Assembly (NCBI GenBank): GCA_951406725.2
Contig: OX597828.1
Span: forward strand, 76,632,001-76,696,000
DNA: 64,000 bases
Direction of reading: 5' to 3'
From: Octopus vulgaris
Lineage: Eukaryota
Positions 13,988 through 28,199 of the stretch are shown piece by piece. Under the pieces are notes generated by a model. That model was not told where the DNA came from, searched no databases, and was given only the letters and a program-made list of their open reading frames with translations. The stretch's first letter is position 1. Every line of letters starts with the position of its first letter. Position numbers and translations under genes: made by a program.

Positions 13988-14260
13988 TCTTTTAGCTTGT
14001 ATTTCTTTTAGTCATTAGACTGTGGCTATGCTGGGGAAGCACTTTGAAGAATTCTTAGTCGAATGAATCAGCCCTACTTTTTGTTTTTTTAGTCTGATAT
14101 TTATGCTACCGTAATTTGTTGCCGAACCACTAAGTTATGGGTCATAAACAGACCAACACTGGCTGTCAGTGGTAATGGGAGAGAAACACAAACAGATACA
14201 CACACCCCTCACACACACAAACAAACACACATACACACACAGAAAAACACACACACACAT
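13988..14260 (-). mobile_element. Old SINE family A 3' half
   Basis: Diverged match: tagtcattagactgtggctatgctgggg...gccgaaccactaagttatggg. Confidence 0.7.
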
Positions 14261-14499
14261 AACTAAGCAGAACACTGGAATTTTGGGAGTATTATTTATT
14301 CACCATTACACGCCTAATAATAAAAAATTGTGTTTTTGTTTTTCAATATTTATCCACCCTGTCCCCGCTGTACAAAGGATTAACCGACCAGTTGCTATTT
14401 TGGTTTCGTCATTTACTTAATGTCCCAAAAGTAAAATGGAGAGATTCCAACCATATTCAACTTTTCCCTTTTTCTTCTTTATACTCTTTTTCTTTATCT

Positions 14500-14620
14500 A
14501 TTCTTCACTCTGATGAAACTCCATGTTTCAGATCGGTTTCATTACCAAATATCATAACTAGTTCTGCATATCAATTGCAATACCATGCAACATTGGAAGC
14601 AGAAACAACTGTTAGATGGG
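14500..14620 (+). ncRNA. Degenerate type I hammerhead motif in a PLE-like terminal repeat
   Basis: CTGATGA at 14510, long P2 (actcca/tggaag), GAAAC-aact-GTT at 14602-14613, AATAAA downstream; P1 pairing is poor. Confidence 0.5.
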
Positions 14621-14872
14621 ATGCAGTCTATTTGTAATGAATTAATAAATAATAATTCATGTATGTCAATCGTTGTTGTTCACCAATATTTCTCCATTTT
14701 CTGCTTTCTTTAAATTTTGATTCTTCATAAACCCATGGTTATCCTTAACTTTACATATAATTTATGAGCATAATATGCTTGCATATGTCCATGGTTAAAC
14801 ATAGATAATATAGCGGTAGTGTAATGGATATTTTATTCCTTAGACGGTTGTTTTAACCTCTACCTCAGCTAA

Positions 14873-14967
<95 letters not shown>

Positions 14968-15594
14968 ATGTATTTGTATGGACATCCATAAACTAAACAG
15001 ACCTCTGTTGCTTGAGTCAGATACAAAAGATAAACTCGTAGATTCACGAAAGCCAAAAAAATAAAGTCTCGGACCATAATGGAATAATCTTGGAACGAAA
15101 CCACTACACGTAAAAGGCGATAGGTTCCAGAAATTCTCGCTAATTCATAAAAGAATGTGAACAGAAAATAAATAGATGTGTTAAAAAAGGAATGAGATAC
15201 ATTAATGATTTTTTTTTTCCTATTCTAAAAACCAGGTGTACTGTAAATATTTACAGAAATGTAGGCTCTTACCTTTGGTGAAATGTGGGATATTTTAGCG
15301 AAGCGAGTCTGTCTTTTATAAACAGTGGAATTGAAATGTCAGAAGGTTGAAGACTCGAGTAAATACAGGAAACGCTGGAGTTTCTAACATTTTTAGTATT
15401 CTTATTGATTAATATGCCGCCGATTGAAAATACTGTTCTATCAACAACATAATAGATCATTATTTGGCTAATGTGTCTATACACACTCGTACGCCTTATA
15501 CACACGTACGAGTGCTCAGTGGTGATATCTGCCATGCTCTTTCTATCTTTCTGAAGCGTGCACGCACAGTTTAACATGCGTACACACACCTTCA

Positions 15595-15641
<47 letters not shown>

Positions 15642-15838
15642 CACACACACACACACACACACACACAGATTTTGACATATGTCTTTGTTTATGCATATGT
15701 CTGAGTGAGGTTATGAGTAAATATATATGTAAAGATATATGTGGCGGGATGCGTTTGTGTGTGTGCATACATCAACTGCTTTTTACCTTATGCATCTTCA
15801 TGAGCAATTTGCAATTAGATTTACGCATCCAAATACAA

Positions 15839-15885
<47 letters not shown>

Positions 15886-16147
15886 CACGCACACACACAT
15901 ACACACATCATCATCAACCACTACACATTACACAGGTATAGAAGCAACTGCAGAAGTTCGTAATAGCTTTTCAGAATTCACTGTTCCTCCCTCTCTTTTC
16001 AACACAATAAACATATCGTTTTATGCCAAAGGGAAATAAGTTGGACAATCAAATTTTATAACATAAATTGCATTATTGCTACAAACACAAAGTCTGGAAA
16101 CCACCACCTCTTTCTTCCTTCTCTCTCTCACTTTCGCATACACACAG

Positions 16148-16199
<52 letters not shown>

Positions 16200-16226
16200 G
16201 AATATATATTATATATATATACACAC

Positions 16227-16298
<72 letters not shown>

Positions 16299-16944
16299 TG
16301 GAGTGTATTTATCTTAATAGTTGAAGGAGTCGCTATTTCAAGTTCGAAAACCGTGACTTTCAGCTTCTCTATGAATATCTGTTAAATAAGTTGAGTAGAG
16401 AATCGAATCGCACATTAAAACCATTTTAACTTATTCCTTATTTGTATGTTGTTTGGTTGTTGATGCTAAATTCGTTGTTATCCGTTTCTTCCTGTTTGTA
16501 TATAGTTGGCACTTTATATTTCACCGTACAAAATATGTTTCTATGTTCTGTGGCTATGTTTTAAATGTATTAAGATGTCTGTACTTTTAATTTTAAACGT
16601 TCTTTCGTTGTGTGTGTGATAATGTTCATACATATATTTATTTATTCATTCTCTTCGATTTTTTTCCTTTCTAATATTATATTAGAATTTTTCATCTCTG
16701 CACAATTTTGGTATCTTTTAACCTTTCGTTTGTACCATTACCCACTCTGGAAACCTTTCCAATTAAATAACTGATGATATTTGCCTCAGGTAGAATACAT
16801 CTTTCCATGAAGAAAATCCCGTACATAATGCAGTGTTTAAAAAATACAAACAGTAAAAGTGTGGTACAATATACATAATTGGCTTGTGTACGACGGAAGA
16901 ATGAAGGCGCTGGTTCAATTCCCACGGCTTCCAGATCAAAAGCA

Positions 16945-17292
16945 ATACACGACCAGGAATTTCGATGGAGGAGATGAGTCGATTACATTGACCACACTAC
17001 TGGACTGGTACTTATTTTATCGACCATTGAAATCATGAAAAGCAAATTCCTCGGCAGAATTTGAACTCAAGACGTAAAGACGGCCAAAATGTGTTAAGCA
17101 TTTTACCCAGCATGCAAAACATTCTGCCAGCTCACTGCCTTCAATGCTTGTTGTAATATTGATTTCACATTTTTGTACAAGGCCAGCAAGTTCGAGGAAG
17201 CGGGTGAGCCTATTGCATCAATTCCAGCACTCAATTGGTATTTATTTTATCGATCCCGTAAGGATGAAAGGAAAACCAGACTTCGGAGGAAT
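16945..17292 (-). mobile_element. Two Deu/Nin-like SINE pieces
   Basis: ctggtacttattttatcgacc...ctcggcagaatttgaactc...ttctgccagctcactgcc, plus a second partial copy at ~17170-17292. Confidence 0.75.
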
Positions 17293-17312
17293 AACTGTTC
17301 TTTTTTTTCTTA

Positions 17313-17485
17313 GGCGCAGGAGTGGCTGTCTGGTAAGTAGTTTGTTTACCAGCCACATGGTTCTGGGTTCAGTCCCACTGCGTGGCACCTGGGGCAAGTG
17401 TCTTCTACTATAGCCTCGGGCCGACCAAATACTTGTGAGTGGATTTGGAAGATGGTAATTTAAAGAAGTCCATCGTATATATGGA

Positions 17486-17521
<36 letters not shown>

Positions 17522-17525
17522 TGTA

Positions 17526-17557
<32 letters not shown>

Positions 17558-17773
17558 TTTGTGTTTGTCCCACCCAATATCATTTGACAACCGGTGCTGG
17601 TGTGTTTACGTCCGCGTAACTTAGCGGTTCGACAAAAGAGACCAAGAGAATAAGTACTAGGCTTACAAAGAATGAGTCCTGGGGTCGATTTGCTCGACTA
17701 AAGTCGGTGCTCCAGCATGACAGCAGTCAAATGCCTGAAACAAGTAAAAGAGTAAAAGAAAAAAAGAGTAAAG
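17313..17773 (+). mobile_element. SINE family A, full length
   Basis: GGCGCAGGAGTGGCTG head, B box, internal (TATG)/(TG) tract, tail. Confidence 0.92.
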
Positions 17774-17849
17774 AATTTGCTCGTCACAAGGTCCTTAGAC
17801 CAGTGAAAACGTAAGAGCTACTAGAATAAAATGAAGCCTAGACAGAAGT

Positions 17850-18200
17850 CAATAAGTGACGTTGTACTTCAGAGTTAAAAGACTGGAGGAGATATTGAAG
17901 AGGAAAACACGACTTTGGAAGTGAATTCCAAGGTTCAGAAGTGCGTGGGAAGAAACTGGTAATGTAAAGTGCTTCATGACACTTAGGAGGTTGCACAGTA
18001 CACAAATGAGAACTGGATGCAAATCTAGTTGATCGCTAATAAGTTCCTAAAGGAGGAACCAGGGAAGAGGGCTCAGCTGAACAATGTCCATGAAAATACT
18101 TATAGTAAATAGACAAGGAAGCCACAAGAAGACGATGAGAGTGTGAATCCAATTTAGAAGATAGATCAGTTGTATTATTGAATATAGTACAAGTACTCGA
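17850..18200 (-). mobile_element. CR1/L2-group LINE ORF2 C-terminal relic
   Basis: Minus strand KLDSHSHRLLVASLSIYYKYFHGHCSAEPSSLVPP..RSTRFASSSHLCTVQPPKC..SFFPRTSEPWNSLPKSCFP: the classic SFF.RT..WN.LP C-terminus, with an in-frame stop. Confidence 0.78.
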
Positions 18201-18717
18201 CTGATAACACACACACACACACATATATACACACACATATATATACACACACATACACACACACACACATATACACACACATACACACACACACACGCAT
18301 TGCAGAATAGAGAAGTGAAATCATAATACCATATTTCTGAAGATTTTCCGTACAAAACATCGAGATCAGATGTAAATGTAAAAAGTTAACAGAAATGAAG
18401 TGCCAATGCAGCGATGAACACAGAAATCCAGTGTAAATGTAACGGTGAACATAGGAGTCGGGTATAAACTTTGGAGTAAACATAGAAGTTATTTATTAAT
18501 ATGGCAGAGAACATAGAAGTCAGGTGTATGTGATTATATGTACAGGTAAGCATATATAATGCAGGACCGCGCAAACCTAGGAAGAAATGAAAAATACTGT
18601 GAATTAGACATTAGTTCTGTGGCTCAAGAAATATATTGTTGGTAGAACTCTTCAACGAAGGTCAAATGTCGTTGTAAGAATGTAACAAAGGTTTGACTTG
18701 AGGCTGTGACTGAATTT

Positions 18718-18820
18718 GAGGGTGTAACTAGATATCAGGATGTGACTAGATATAAGGATGCAACTAGATATGAGTGTATCATTAGATATAAGGGTGGAAC
18801 TTGATACAGATGGAAATACT
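18718..18820 (-). mobile_element. Probable Tc1/pogo-type transposon end with ~18-bp subterminal repeats
   Basis: About five degenerate units like gtgactagatataaggat; the reverse complement starts tagtatttccatctgtatcaag, resembling pogo termini. Confidence 0.4.
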
Positions 18821-19787
18821 ATTTTAATGTGAAGAAGGTCGATAAGTTAATGGTTAGTCGTTTTTAAAATCTGGCTGATTGACTGAACAATTCTCGCTCT
18901 GCTACAAATATATAACAATTGTGTTCATGTAATAAGATCCAACCTAGCAATTATTGTATCACGGAAGTACTCGTATTCGTTTTTAAATTAGAATCATTTT
19001 TGAACCAAAAGGATCGGCGTCCTTTAGCCAGTCGTCTCTTTCTAAATTGATATTGGATAAATAGACAAATTAATTAATAGTGGCCTGCCGATCCTCAGTG
19101 AATTGCAATGAGATTGCCTCTACCAGATTTGAACACTCAGCCAAAACAATCAAGGTGTTAAATATCTTATTTTTGCGGTTATATCGAAAGCAGCATTCTT
19201 GGAGAGTTGAAAAATTTATTCGCTTTTAATGCAGAAATATATTTCTCTGTATTTACGATGGAAATATTTTACAAATCTTAAGTTTTCGAAATGTATTCTG
19301 TCATTTTTCTAAAGAAAAAAATGTAATATATTTCTAAATAATCATAAATATACTATTATGAACATAATGAAATATCAACTGGATTCGTCGATTTTTCGAA
19401 TTTCTAGCTGCTTCTTGAACAATTTCATAATTGCAAGCTGTCATTCTTTAAAATATAGCAACGATAGAAGAGGAAAAAATCCAATGCTTGATGTGAGTGA
19501 AGATAATAAAAATGAAAATTTTTTCTTCGCATAAAATGCATAAAAGGATGGAGAGAGAGAGGGAAAGAGAGAGAGAGAGCAAGAAAATGGGAGAGCAACA
19601 GAGAAAGTAAGAAAATGTATGAGAAGGAAAATAAAATAAAGGGTGTGAAGAGAGTATATCTTTCTAATAAGCAATGAGTACATTTGCACAAAACGTAAGC
19701 GCCATATTTATGTTCGTGAGCAACCAGAACGAAATAGAGGATGGACTTTATTAAAGAGACAGAGGTAGAAAAGAGAGAGACTGAGAA

Positions 19788-19819
<32 letters not shown>

Positions 19820-20540
19820 TAATAATTATTTGAATAAAATATTTAATAAATAATATAACGAAAACAATTACTTACCAAAGAATGGTTTGACAAATTGAAA
19901 TCCGCAAAAGAAATGTAAGTTTATACAATGTTTAAATTCATGATTAATTTTCGAATCGTAGAAAGTCAGAGATATATAAAATATATTTTATATTGCTTGC
20001 AAGATTATTGCTGTCTTACTCTCGGTAATAATTGGTTCACCAAAAGTTATTGCTGCCTGGATTTCTTGTTTGTGACGGGGCTGATTGGAAAGAACTTCTA
20101 ATTGGATTTGATAGAGTTGACGGATATGTGGAATGGCAGCTAGCGCTGAGCCAAGTGTCGGGGTTTCGAATCCCAAATCAATGTTGTCTGTCACTTCAAC
20201 TAAAATGCTTCAATATTTGTTTCCGGGAAGGAATAACAAACTTTGGCGCTCCGTATAATAGGAAAAAACAGCCAAACGTTCCTCAAATCACAATCTACCA
20301 TCTGTGGATTAGAGAATGTGTTCCTAGGTTCGAAAGACGAATGAAAATGATGAGATGGTCATGGGTGAACGGCCTTTGATTATATAGTCTGAGCAATCGG
20401 GGAGATCTGGAATCAAGCGACAGCAATTCTTACCAGTGAAACCTCTTTTCGTCAACGAAGTTGCTTGAAGACAGTTGTTTCGCCCGAGGTAAATGCTGGA
20501 AAAGAAGACCGAAGGTCAAAAGTGATACAGCCAAGAAGAT

Positions 20541-21012
<472 letters not shown>

Positions 21013-21657
21013 ATGTGCAGAGAAGAGAGTTAATGCGAGAATTTAAACTATCAATCTAATGCCTCTCTACTGTCTTTATGTGAATAGGTACCGGAGTTCT
21101 GGTATCAGGCAGTAGCTATTTGTGTCACACAAACGTAGTTACGTATTCTTCACATAGAAGACTTCCCGTACTTTGCGAATATCCAAAGAATGACCAGAAC
21201 AATATAATCAGCGGGTCAGTGTTCAGAAGATTGTGGAGATTTCACCATTCTACATAGAATATATCTGAATATTTGAACGAATGAAAGAATTGTATTTATA
21301 TAATCCCTTCCTTTTGCGACAATCCTTTTATAGGAGTAAGAACGATAGAGAGGGGATAGCTTAAAGAGCAGAATAAAAGAATAATAGAATTTGTAGAATA
21401 TTATTCTGAGTGTAAAGTGAGCGAAATACATTAAAGTGTAGAATAGAGGAATAAAATGATGGATACCACAAAGGGAAAATGTATATTCCATTACAATGAA
21501 ATAAAGTAATCCTTAAAGATACAGAGAATAAAATCTGGAATCCGATGGAGCTGGACGCCTACGCCGTCCACAACAGTTATACTATAGGTAATTGCCGAAA
21601 ATTGAAGAAGAATTTGGTTCGAAATACCAGGAAAAACGCATCTCAGAACCACAATTT

Positions 21658-21874
21658 TCACCGATGTACGAAGTTCCTGGCTTTGAGTAAAAGAAAATGT
21701 AGGAGGATCACTTAATTGTAATTCTATCCAACACATTCAAGTCTCAGATTCACACATTTATTGCAGTGGTCTTCCGGTGTTTCTACGCCCAGTAAATTAC
21801 TCGGAAGTTTGGGCCCCCAAACAGGTCTTTCGCGATACTCTTAAAACCAGGAACTTTTGAACACCCCCTCGCAT
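21658..21874 (-). mobile_element. Mariner-derived MITE (~220 bp)
   Basis: TIR aagttcctggcttt / aaaaccaggaactttttgaacaccccctcg; internal gcaataaatgtgtgaatctgaga is shared with 28778-28999. Confidence 0.8.
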
Positions 21875-22762
21875 ATCACCATGATTGCGATAATTTTACC
21901 GAATATATTCTATGCCTCAATAATTCTGTCTCATCTTTAAACATTTAAATGGGAGAGTGAAGTTTTCTACTACCGCCGTCTTATAATTTTCCGCATCCTC
22001 CTTACAGCTGCTACTGTACATTTATCCAATTTTAATCTTTACTTAAACTCTGGATACCAGATAATTAAGATAAAACTCACATCGTCCGATGAGGAGAGTC
22101 TCACAAGCGATTACTTTTCCTTTTCCTCCTTTAGATATGAATCTACGATAACGTTTCCAAATAGAATTACTAAATTATGCAGCACGATTTTCTATGCTCT
22201 CCAAATCAAATTGTGACACGAAATTTAAATTCAGCACAGCGAGTCTCTCAATAAATCACCCCTCACTACCCAGTGGGTCTACTCACTCACAAAGAACAAC
22301 CTATATTGTAATGCCCATAAATATTTAGAACCCTTCTCCGGTACAACCCACTGGTGTTTCAATATATAAGCACGGGCTCTTATGTACTGATGTATTTGTG
22401 ATATTTATTTTTTGCATATACAAAAGTATTTATCCAGATGACGACAAATATTTTTGCGTACGGTGCATTTTTACCTTTATGCATATGTGTTTATGGTCAT
22501 ATATGTCCATTATACTTTTGTGCATTATATATGCTGACCTGCACATATAATGGACATATATGTCCATAAACACACAAATATATATATATTTGTGCCAGTA
22601 TGTATATATGTGATAAATGCTTGGAAAACCTACGAGTGATTTAACTGAAGAAATTAATGAAAGAAAGAAAAATGTCATCGAATGTTGCAAAAGATGTAGG
22701 AATCTACATAAGTAGGTTTATATAATGAACAATAAGTTTATTGTATAAGTTTATTGTATATA

Positions 22763-23175
22763 GGCGCAGGAGTGGCTGTGTGGTAAGTAGCTTGTTTACC
22801 AATCACATGGTTCCGGGTTCAGTCCCACTGCGTGGCACCTTGGGCAAATGTCTGCAACTATAGCCTCGGGCCGACCAATGCCTTGTGAGTGGATTTGGTA
22901 GACGGAAAAAAAAATGAAGCCCGACGTATATATATATATATATATGTATGCGTATGTGTGTTTGTGTGTCTGTGTTTGTCCCCCTAGCATTGCTTGACAA
23001 CCGATGCTGGTGTGTTTATATCCCCGTTACTTAGCGGTTCGGCAAAAGAGACCGATAGAATAAGTACTACGCTTACAAAAGAATAAGTCCCGTGGTCGAG
23101 TTCCTCAATTAAAGGCGGTGCTCCAGCATGGCCGCAGTCAAATGACTGAAACAAGTAAAAGAGTAAAAGAGTAAA
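22763..23175 (+). mobile_element. SINE family A, full length, young
   Basis: Intact A and B boxes and tail. Confidence 0.93.
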
Positions 23176-23764
23176 CCTACATTGTACAAACCTACTGGGA
23201 GGGCTTATTGTATAAATCTACGAGGGAGGCTTATCCCTTTCTCCGAACTCTCCATTTTGTTTATATGCTATTTGACAAAGGGAGGTTTTCCCGAAATATA
23301 ATTGAGATACTAAACGATATAAGGGTATATGTTATTTCTCCTTTCAGCTTAATGTGTTCATTCATGCTGTGTGAGCTCTTTTCCGTGCTTAGGGAACCAA
23401 TTATAGGAAGAAACAGCCAAATAACAGGCTAAGGGACCAAATTAGAGATAGATAGATGGATAGAAAGATAGATAGACGGACTCTGTTCTATAACGTCGCA
23501 GATAGCGTTCAAACGTACTGCTTAATGATGTGTAGAAGAGAGGGAATCACAAAAGGTGATGCAATATATTAGTGATTGAAATTATTAAATTTTATTTTTT
23601 AAGAAATCCAATATTACATGGAAACACACACACACACACACACACACAAAACACACACATACATATAAGCAGGCTCTGTGATATATATATATGTATAAAA
23701 CACGTTAAAATAATGATCATATATATACACACATATATACTTATATATATGCGTGTTTGTGTGT

Positions 23765-23795
<31 letters not shown>

Positions 23796-24041
23796 CACAT
23801 ATATATGTGTGTATACATGCATGAGGTATTTAATTTATATTGGCGGCCTGCAAGGAATTATTATCCATAACGAAATTCACTTCCACATGCCATCAAAATA
23901 ATATCAATATTTATTGAAGAATTTCATACTTTTCTTTTTATGTAGCATAGACTTTAATTATTGCTAATTTTGTTGGCACAACCGCAGCTGCTGCTATTAT
24001 CATTATTACTATTATTATTATCATCATCATCATCATCATCA

Positions 24042-24091
<50 letters not shown>

Positions 24092-24597
24092 GTTGTTATT
24101 ATTATACCATTCGAGTGTAATGATTAATGGCATTATGATTTATAGTTTCGAAACACTGATGGGCGCGCGGGTGTATATATTTGAGTGTGCAGGCATCCAT
24201 ATGTGGCCAGGAGCTGCGGTGTTTGTAATTCTATACATGTCTGTAATATTGTTTCGTTCTCTTTATCGAATCACACAGAAATAAATCTGTTTTTACACTC
24301 AGAGGCGCACAAACTTTCATAAATACAGGTTTACATACGTACAGAAGCAAACCGGCTCACACGAACACACGCACAAAATATATTCTTCTACTAGTTCCAT
24401 ATCGAGGGCCTTGGCCATGCAGAAGCACCGCCTATGCAATTAGTACTGCCCAGATTTGGGTTTCATTCTTTGACATTGGGTCGCCTGGCAACGCTAATAA
24501 TAATCCTAGTTTATACACGCGCTTATTCAAGGCATTTCCATCATCTCTCCCTCAATCTCACACTCTCACTCTCTCTCTTTCCCTTTCTCTGTTTGTC

Positions 24598-24681
<84 letters not shown>

Positions 24682-24685
<4 letters not shown>

Positions 24686-25210
24686 CGAAAGAAGGTTTGA
24701 AAATGCAATTTAAAAGATGTTTATTTACTTTACCGGTTCCACTCTTTGGAAAAAGATTGTCAAAAGTAACATGTGGCAGTTTGGTTGCGTTAATTATTGG
24801 TTGTTACAGATTGCTACATTACATATACATAGTCTTTGGTAACAGGGACATGTTTTGTCTCCTTGATGCTTGAAGGAGACAAAAAGGGTAAATTCTTTTC
24901 AGTTCCACAATTACTCCTCCTTTTTCCCCCAACCAAACGCACCTACTGTGTCCCTTGAAATAGATAATATTATTTTACGTCTTTTATGTCCTTAACATGT
25001 CCCTGTTACCAAAGACTATGTATATGTAATGTAGCAATTTGCAACAACCAATAATTAACGCAACCAAACTTCCACATGTTACTTTTGACAATCTTTTTCC
25101 AAAGAGTGAAACCGGTAAAGTAAATAAACATCTTTTAAATTGCATTTTCAAACCTTCTTTCGTATATAATTCCACTCGTGCGGTACCCTACAACTCCACT
25201 TTGTTATATA
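24682..25210. mobile_element. Fold-back element with 173-bp inverted arms (24682-24854 / 24994-25166) and a ~45-bp one-sided extension; PLE inverted-LTR-like
   Basis: The same pseudo-ORF appears on both strands in the track; about 4 mismatches between arms by eye; arm contains GAAACCGGTA followed by AATAAA; (TA)n on both flanks; a related single arm is at 51040-51220. Confidence 0.8.
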
Positions 25211-25230
25211 TATATACATACATATATACA

Positions 25231-25320
<90 letters not shown>

Positions 25321-25789
25321 TTATGTATTTATGTATGCATGTATGTATGCATGTATGTATATATATGTCGCGCTCACTCTGGGACAGTTATTTACCATTC
25401 AGTGTATGAAAATGTTTCCGTGAAGCTGAGGGATTTTAACCACACACACAAATGCACACACTTCGTTTTTGCATCTGGTTTGCGAGATTCTTTATGTTTT
25501 GAAACAAATTTTGTTGTTTCTAGGAAGGATCATTATGCCAATATTATTAACACTCGCGCTGGTTGAATTCTACTCATTCATTATTAGTCACTTGGTACAA
25601 TATCCGACTAACTAATCGAATGTTTCTTATATTTGGTTAAACAGTAAGTCATTTGATTTATTTTTGTTTGTCAAAACACTTTCATTGCTACTTAAAACCT
25701 TTTCAATGACTTTCGTACACCCAATTCTCTCATAATAAAGCAGCGGGATTGAGCCAGTGCGTGTGTTAATAACATTGGCATGACTCTCC

Positions 25790-25944
25790 CTAGACATATT
25801 CTTTGTAAGCCTTGTACTTATTCTATCGGCCACTTTTGCCGAACCGCTAAGTTACGGGGACTAAACACACTGACATCGGTTGTCAAACGATGCTGGGGAG
25901 ACAAACACAGACACACAAACAAATACACAAAGATACACACATAC

Positions 25945-26029
<85 letters not shown>

Positions 26030-26226
26030 CGAGAGGCTTCTTTCAGATTCCGTCTACCAAATCCACTCACATGGCTTTGGTCGGCCTGAAGCCATAGAAG
26101 AGACTTGCCCAAAGTGCCACGCAGTGGGACTGAACTCAGAACCATGTAGTCCAGACCCACTTCGTAGCACCTGGGGCAACTGTATTCTACTTTAGCCTTG
26201 GGCCGACCAAAGCCTTATGAGTGGAT
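25790..26226. mobile_element. Two partial family A SINEs joined head-to-head (minus to ~26146, then plus)
   Basis: ...cacgcagtgggactgaactcagaaccatg|tagtccagacccacttcgtagcacctggggcaa...gagtggat. Confidence 0.8.
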
Positions 26227-26507
26227 ATCTAAATAATAATAGTGTTGTGCGCGCGTCGGTACATTGGTGATGGAAAGAATGATAAGCTTTATATTCTGCG
26301 AACGTTCCTGTTGTTTAAATCCTGGGTTGTCAACCTCTCTGCCAGAGCATAGTAGAGCAGTGTTGAAGGAGAGATGCTGTTCTTACAAGAAATTGCAATC
26401 AGTAAACATACACATACGTATATTTAGAAAAGCGCAGGTTTATAGCTTGCTGATCTGGTGGTTAAAACATTGAAGCTAATATCTATTTAATATTGGACCA
26501 ATGAAAA

Positions 26508-26878
26508 GGCGGTGAGCTAGCAGAAACGTTAGCACGCCAGGCGAAAGGCTTAGTGGTATTTCGTCTGTATTTCCGTTCTGTGTTCAAATTCGGCCGAGGT
26601 CGACTTTGCCTTTCAACCTTTCAGAGTCGATATATTAAGTACGAATTGCATACTGGGGTCGATATAATCGACTGGTTATCTCCCCAATCATTTCGTGCCA
26701 TGTATCTAGAGTAGAAAAAAATATTTGTCGTATTTCTGAGTTCAAATTCCGCCGAGGTCGACTTTGCATTTCATCCCTCCGGGGTTGATAAATTAAGTAC
26801 CAGTTGCGTACTGAGGTCGATCTAGTCATCTGGCACCCTCTGCCAAAATTATGGGTCTTGTTCCTAGAGTAAAAAAAA
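26508..26878 (+). mobile_element. Dimeric Deu/Nin-domain-like SINE with target-site duplication
   Basis: Two units of gagttcaaattccgccgaggtcgactttgc.tttca..ct...gtcgata..ttaagtac, an A-rich end, and flanks attggaccaatgaa (26492) / attggatcaatgaa (26881). Confidence 0.85.
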
Positions 26879-27104
26879 GCATTGGATCAATGAAGAGCTC
26901 AATTATTTCGAAAATAAGATCGTTCCCTTCATGAATCAACGCGTATGATATACGGCAAATGTATGCAGATGAAAGAAAAAACGAATTTTAATACATTTTG
27001 TTATACAAAAGAGAAAGGGTATACATTTGTGGTATATGTTATATATACATTTATGATACTTATAATGTTACATATGTACTTATGGAATATGATTTACAAT
27101 ATTC

Positions 27105-27473
27105 CAGCGTGCCTACGATGTCGAGCAATCAGAAACATTAGCACGCCAGGCGAAAAGCTTTGCGGTATTTCGTCTGTCGCTACGTTCTGAGTTCAAATTC
27201 CGCCGAGGTCGACTTTGCCTTTCATCATTTCGGGGTCGATTAAATAACTACCAGTTACGCACTGGGGTCGATATAATCGACTTAATCCATTTGTCTGTCC
27301 TTGTTTCTCCCTTCTGTGTTTAGCCCCTTGCTGATAGTAAAGAAATAGGTATTTCGTCTGTCATTTTGTTCTGAGTGCAAATTCCGCCGAGGGTGACTTT
27401 GCTTTTCAACCTTTTGGGATCGATAAAATAAGTATCAGTGGGTGTACTGGAGATGAACTAATCGACTGGCCCT
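27105..27473 (+). mobile_element. Dimeric Deu/Nin-domain-like SINE
   Basis: Same head plus a second unit starting ggtatttcgtctg at ~27348. Confidence 0.85.
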
Positions 27474-27490
27474 ATAGTACACACACACAC

Positions 27491-27770
<280 letters not shown>

Positions 27771-27808
27771 AGTGTATATATACATGTATATGTGCATATG
27801 TGTATTTA

Positions 27809-27859
<51 letters not shown>

Positions 27860-28159
27860 ATATAAAATGATAGTTCTAGATATATGTGTAAATGGTATGG
27901 TTGTGTAGTAAGAAGCTTTCTTTCCCAACAAAACGGTTCCTGGTTACGTTCCATGTGTGCCAGCTTGCGCAAGGGCCTTCAAACTTACCCACGGCCCGCC
28001 AAAATGAGTGAATTTGGTAGATGTATGTATACGTTTATTTGTGTGTATGTGTATGTATATATCTCTATATGTATGTGAATATATACATATATACATATGT
28101 ATTTATACATGTGTATGTATGTATGTCTACATATATCTATGTATGTGTGTGCGCGTCTG

Positions 28160-28199
<40 letters not shown>

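Noticed and set aside
18718-18800. CRISPR-like array (also the triple 18-mer at 59909-59962)
   Set aside because: Tandem units without unique spacers, eukaryotic context, no cas genes.
24667-25175. Apparent duplicated small protein gene (MQFKRCLFTLP...) on both strands
   Set aside because: A by-product of the inverted repeat; no coding signature.
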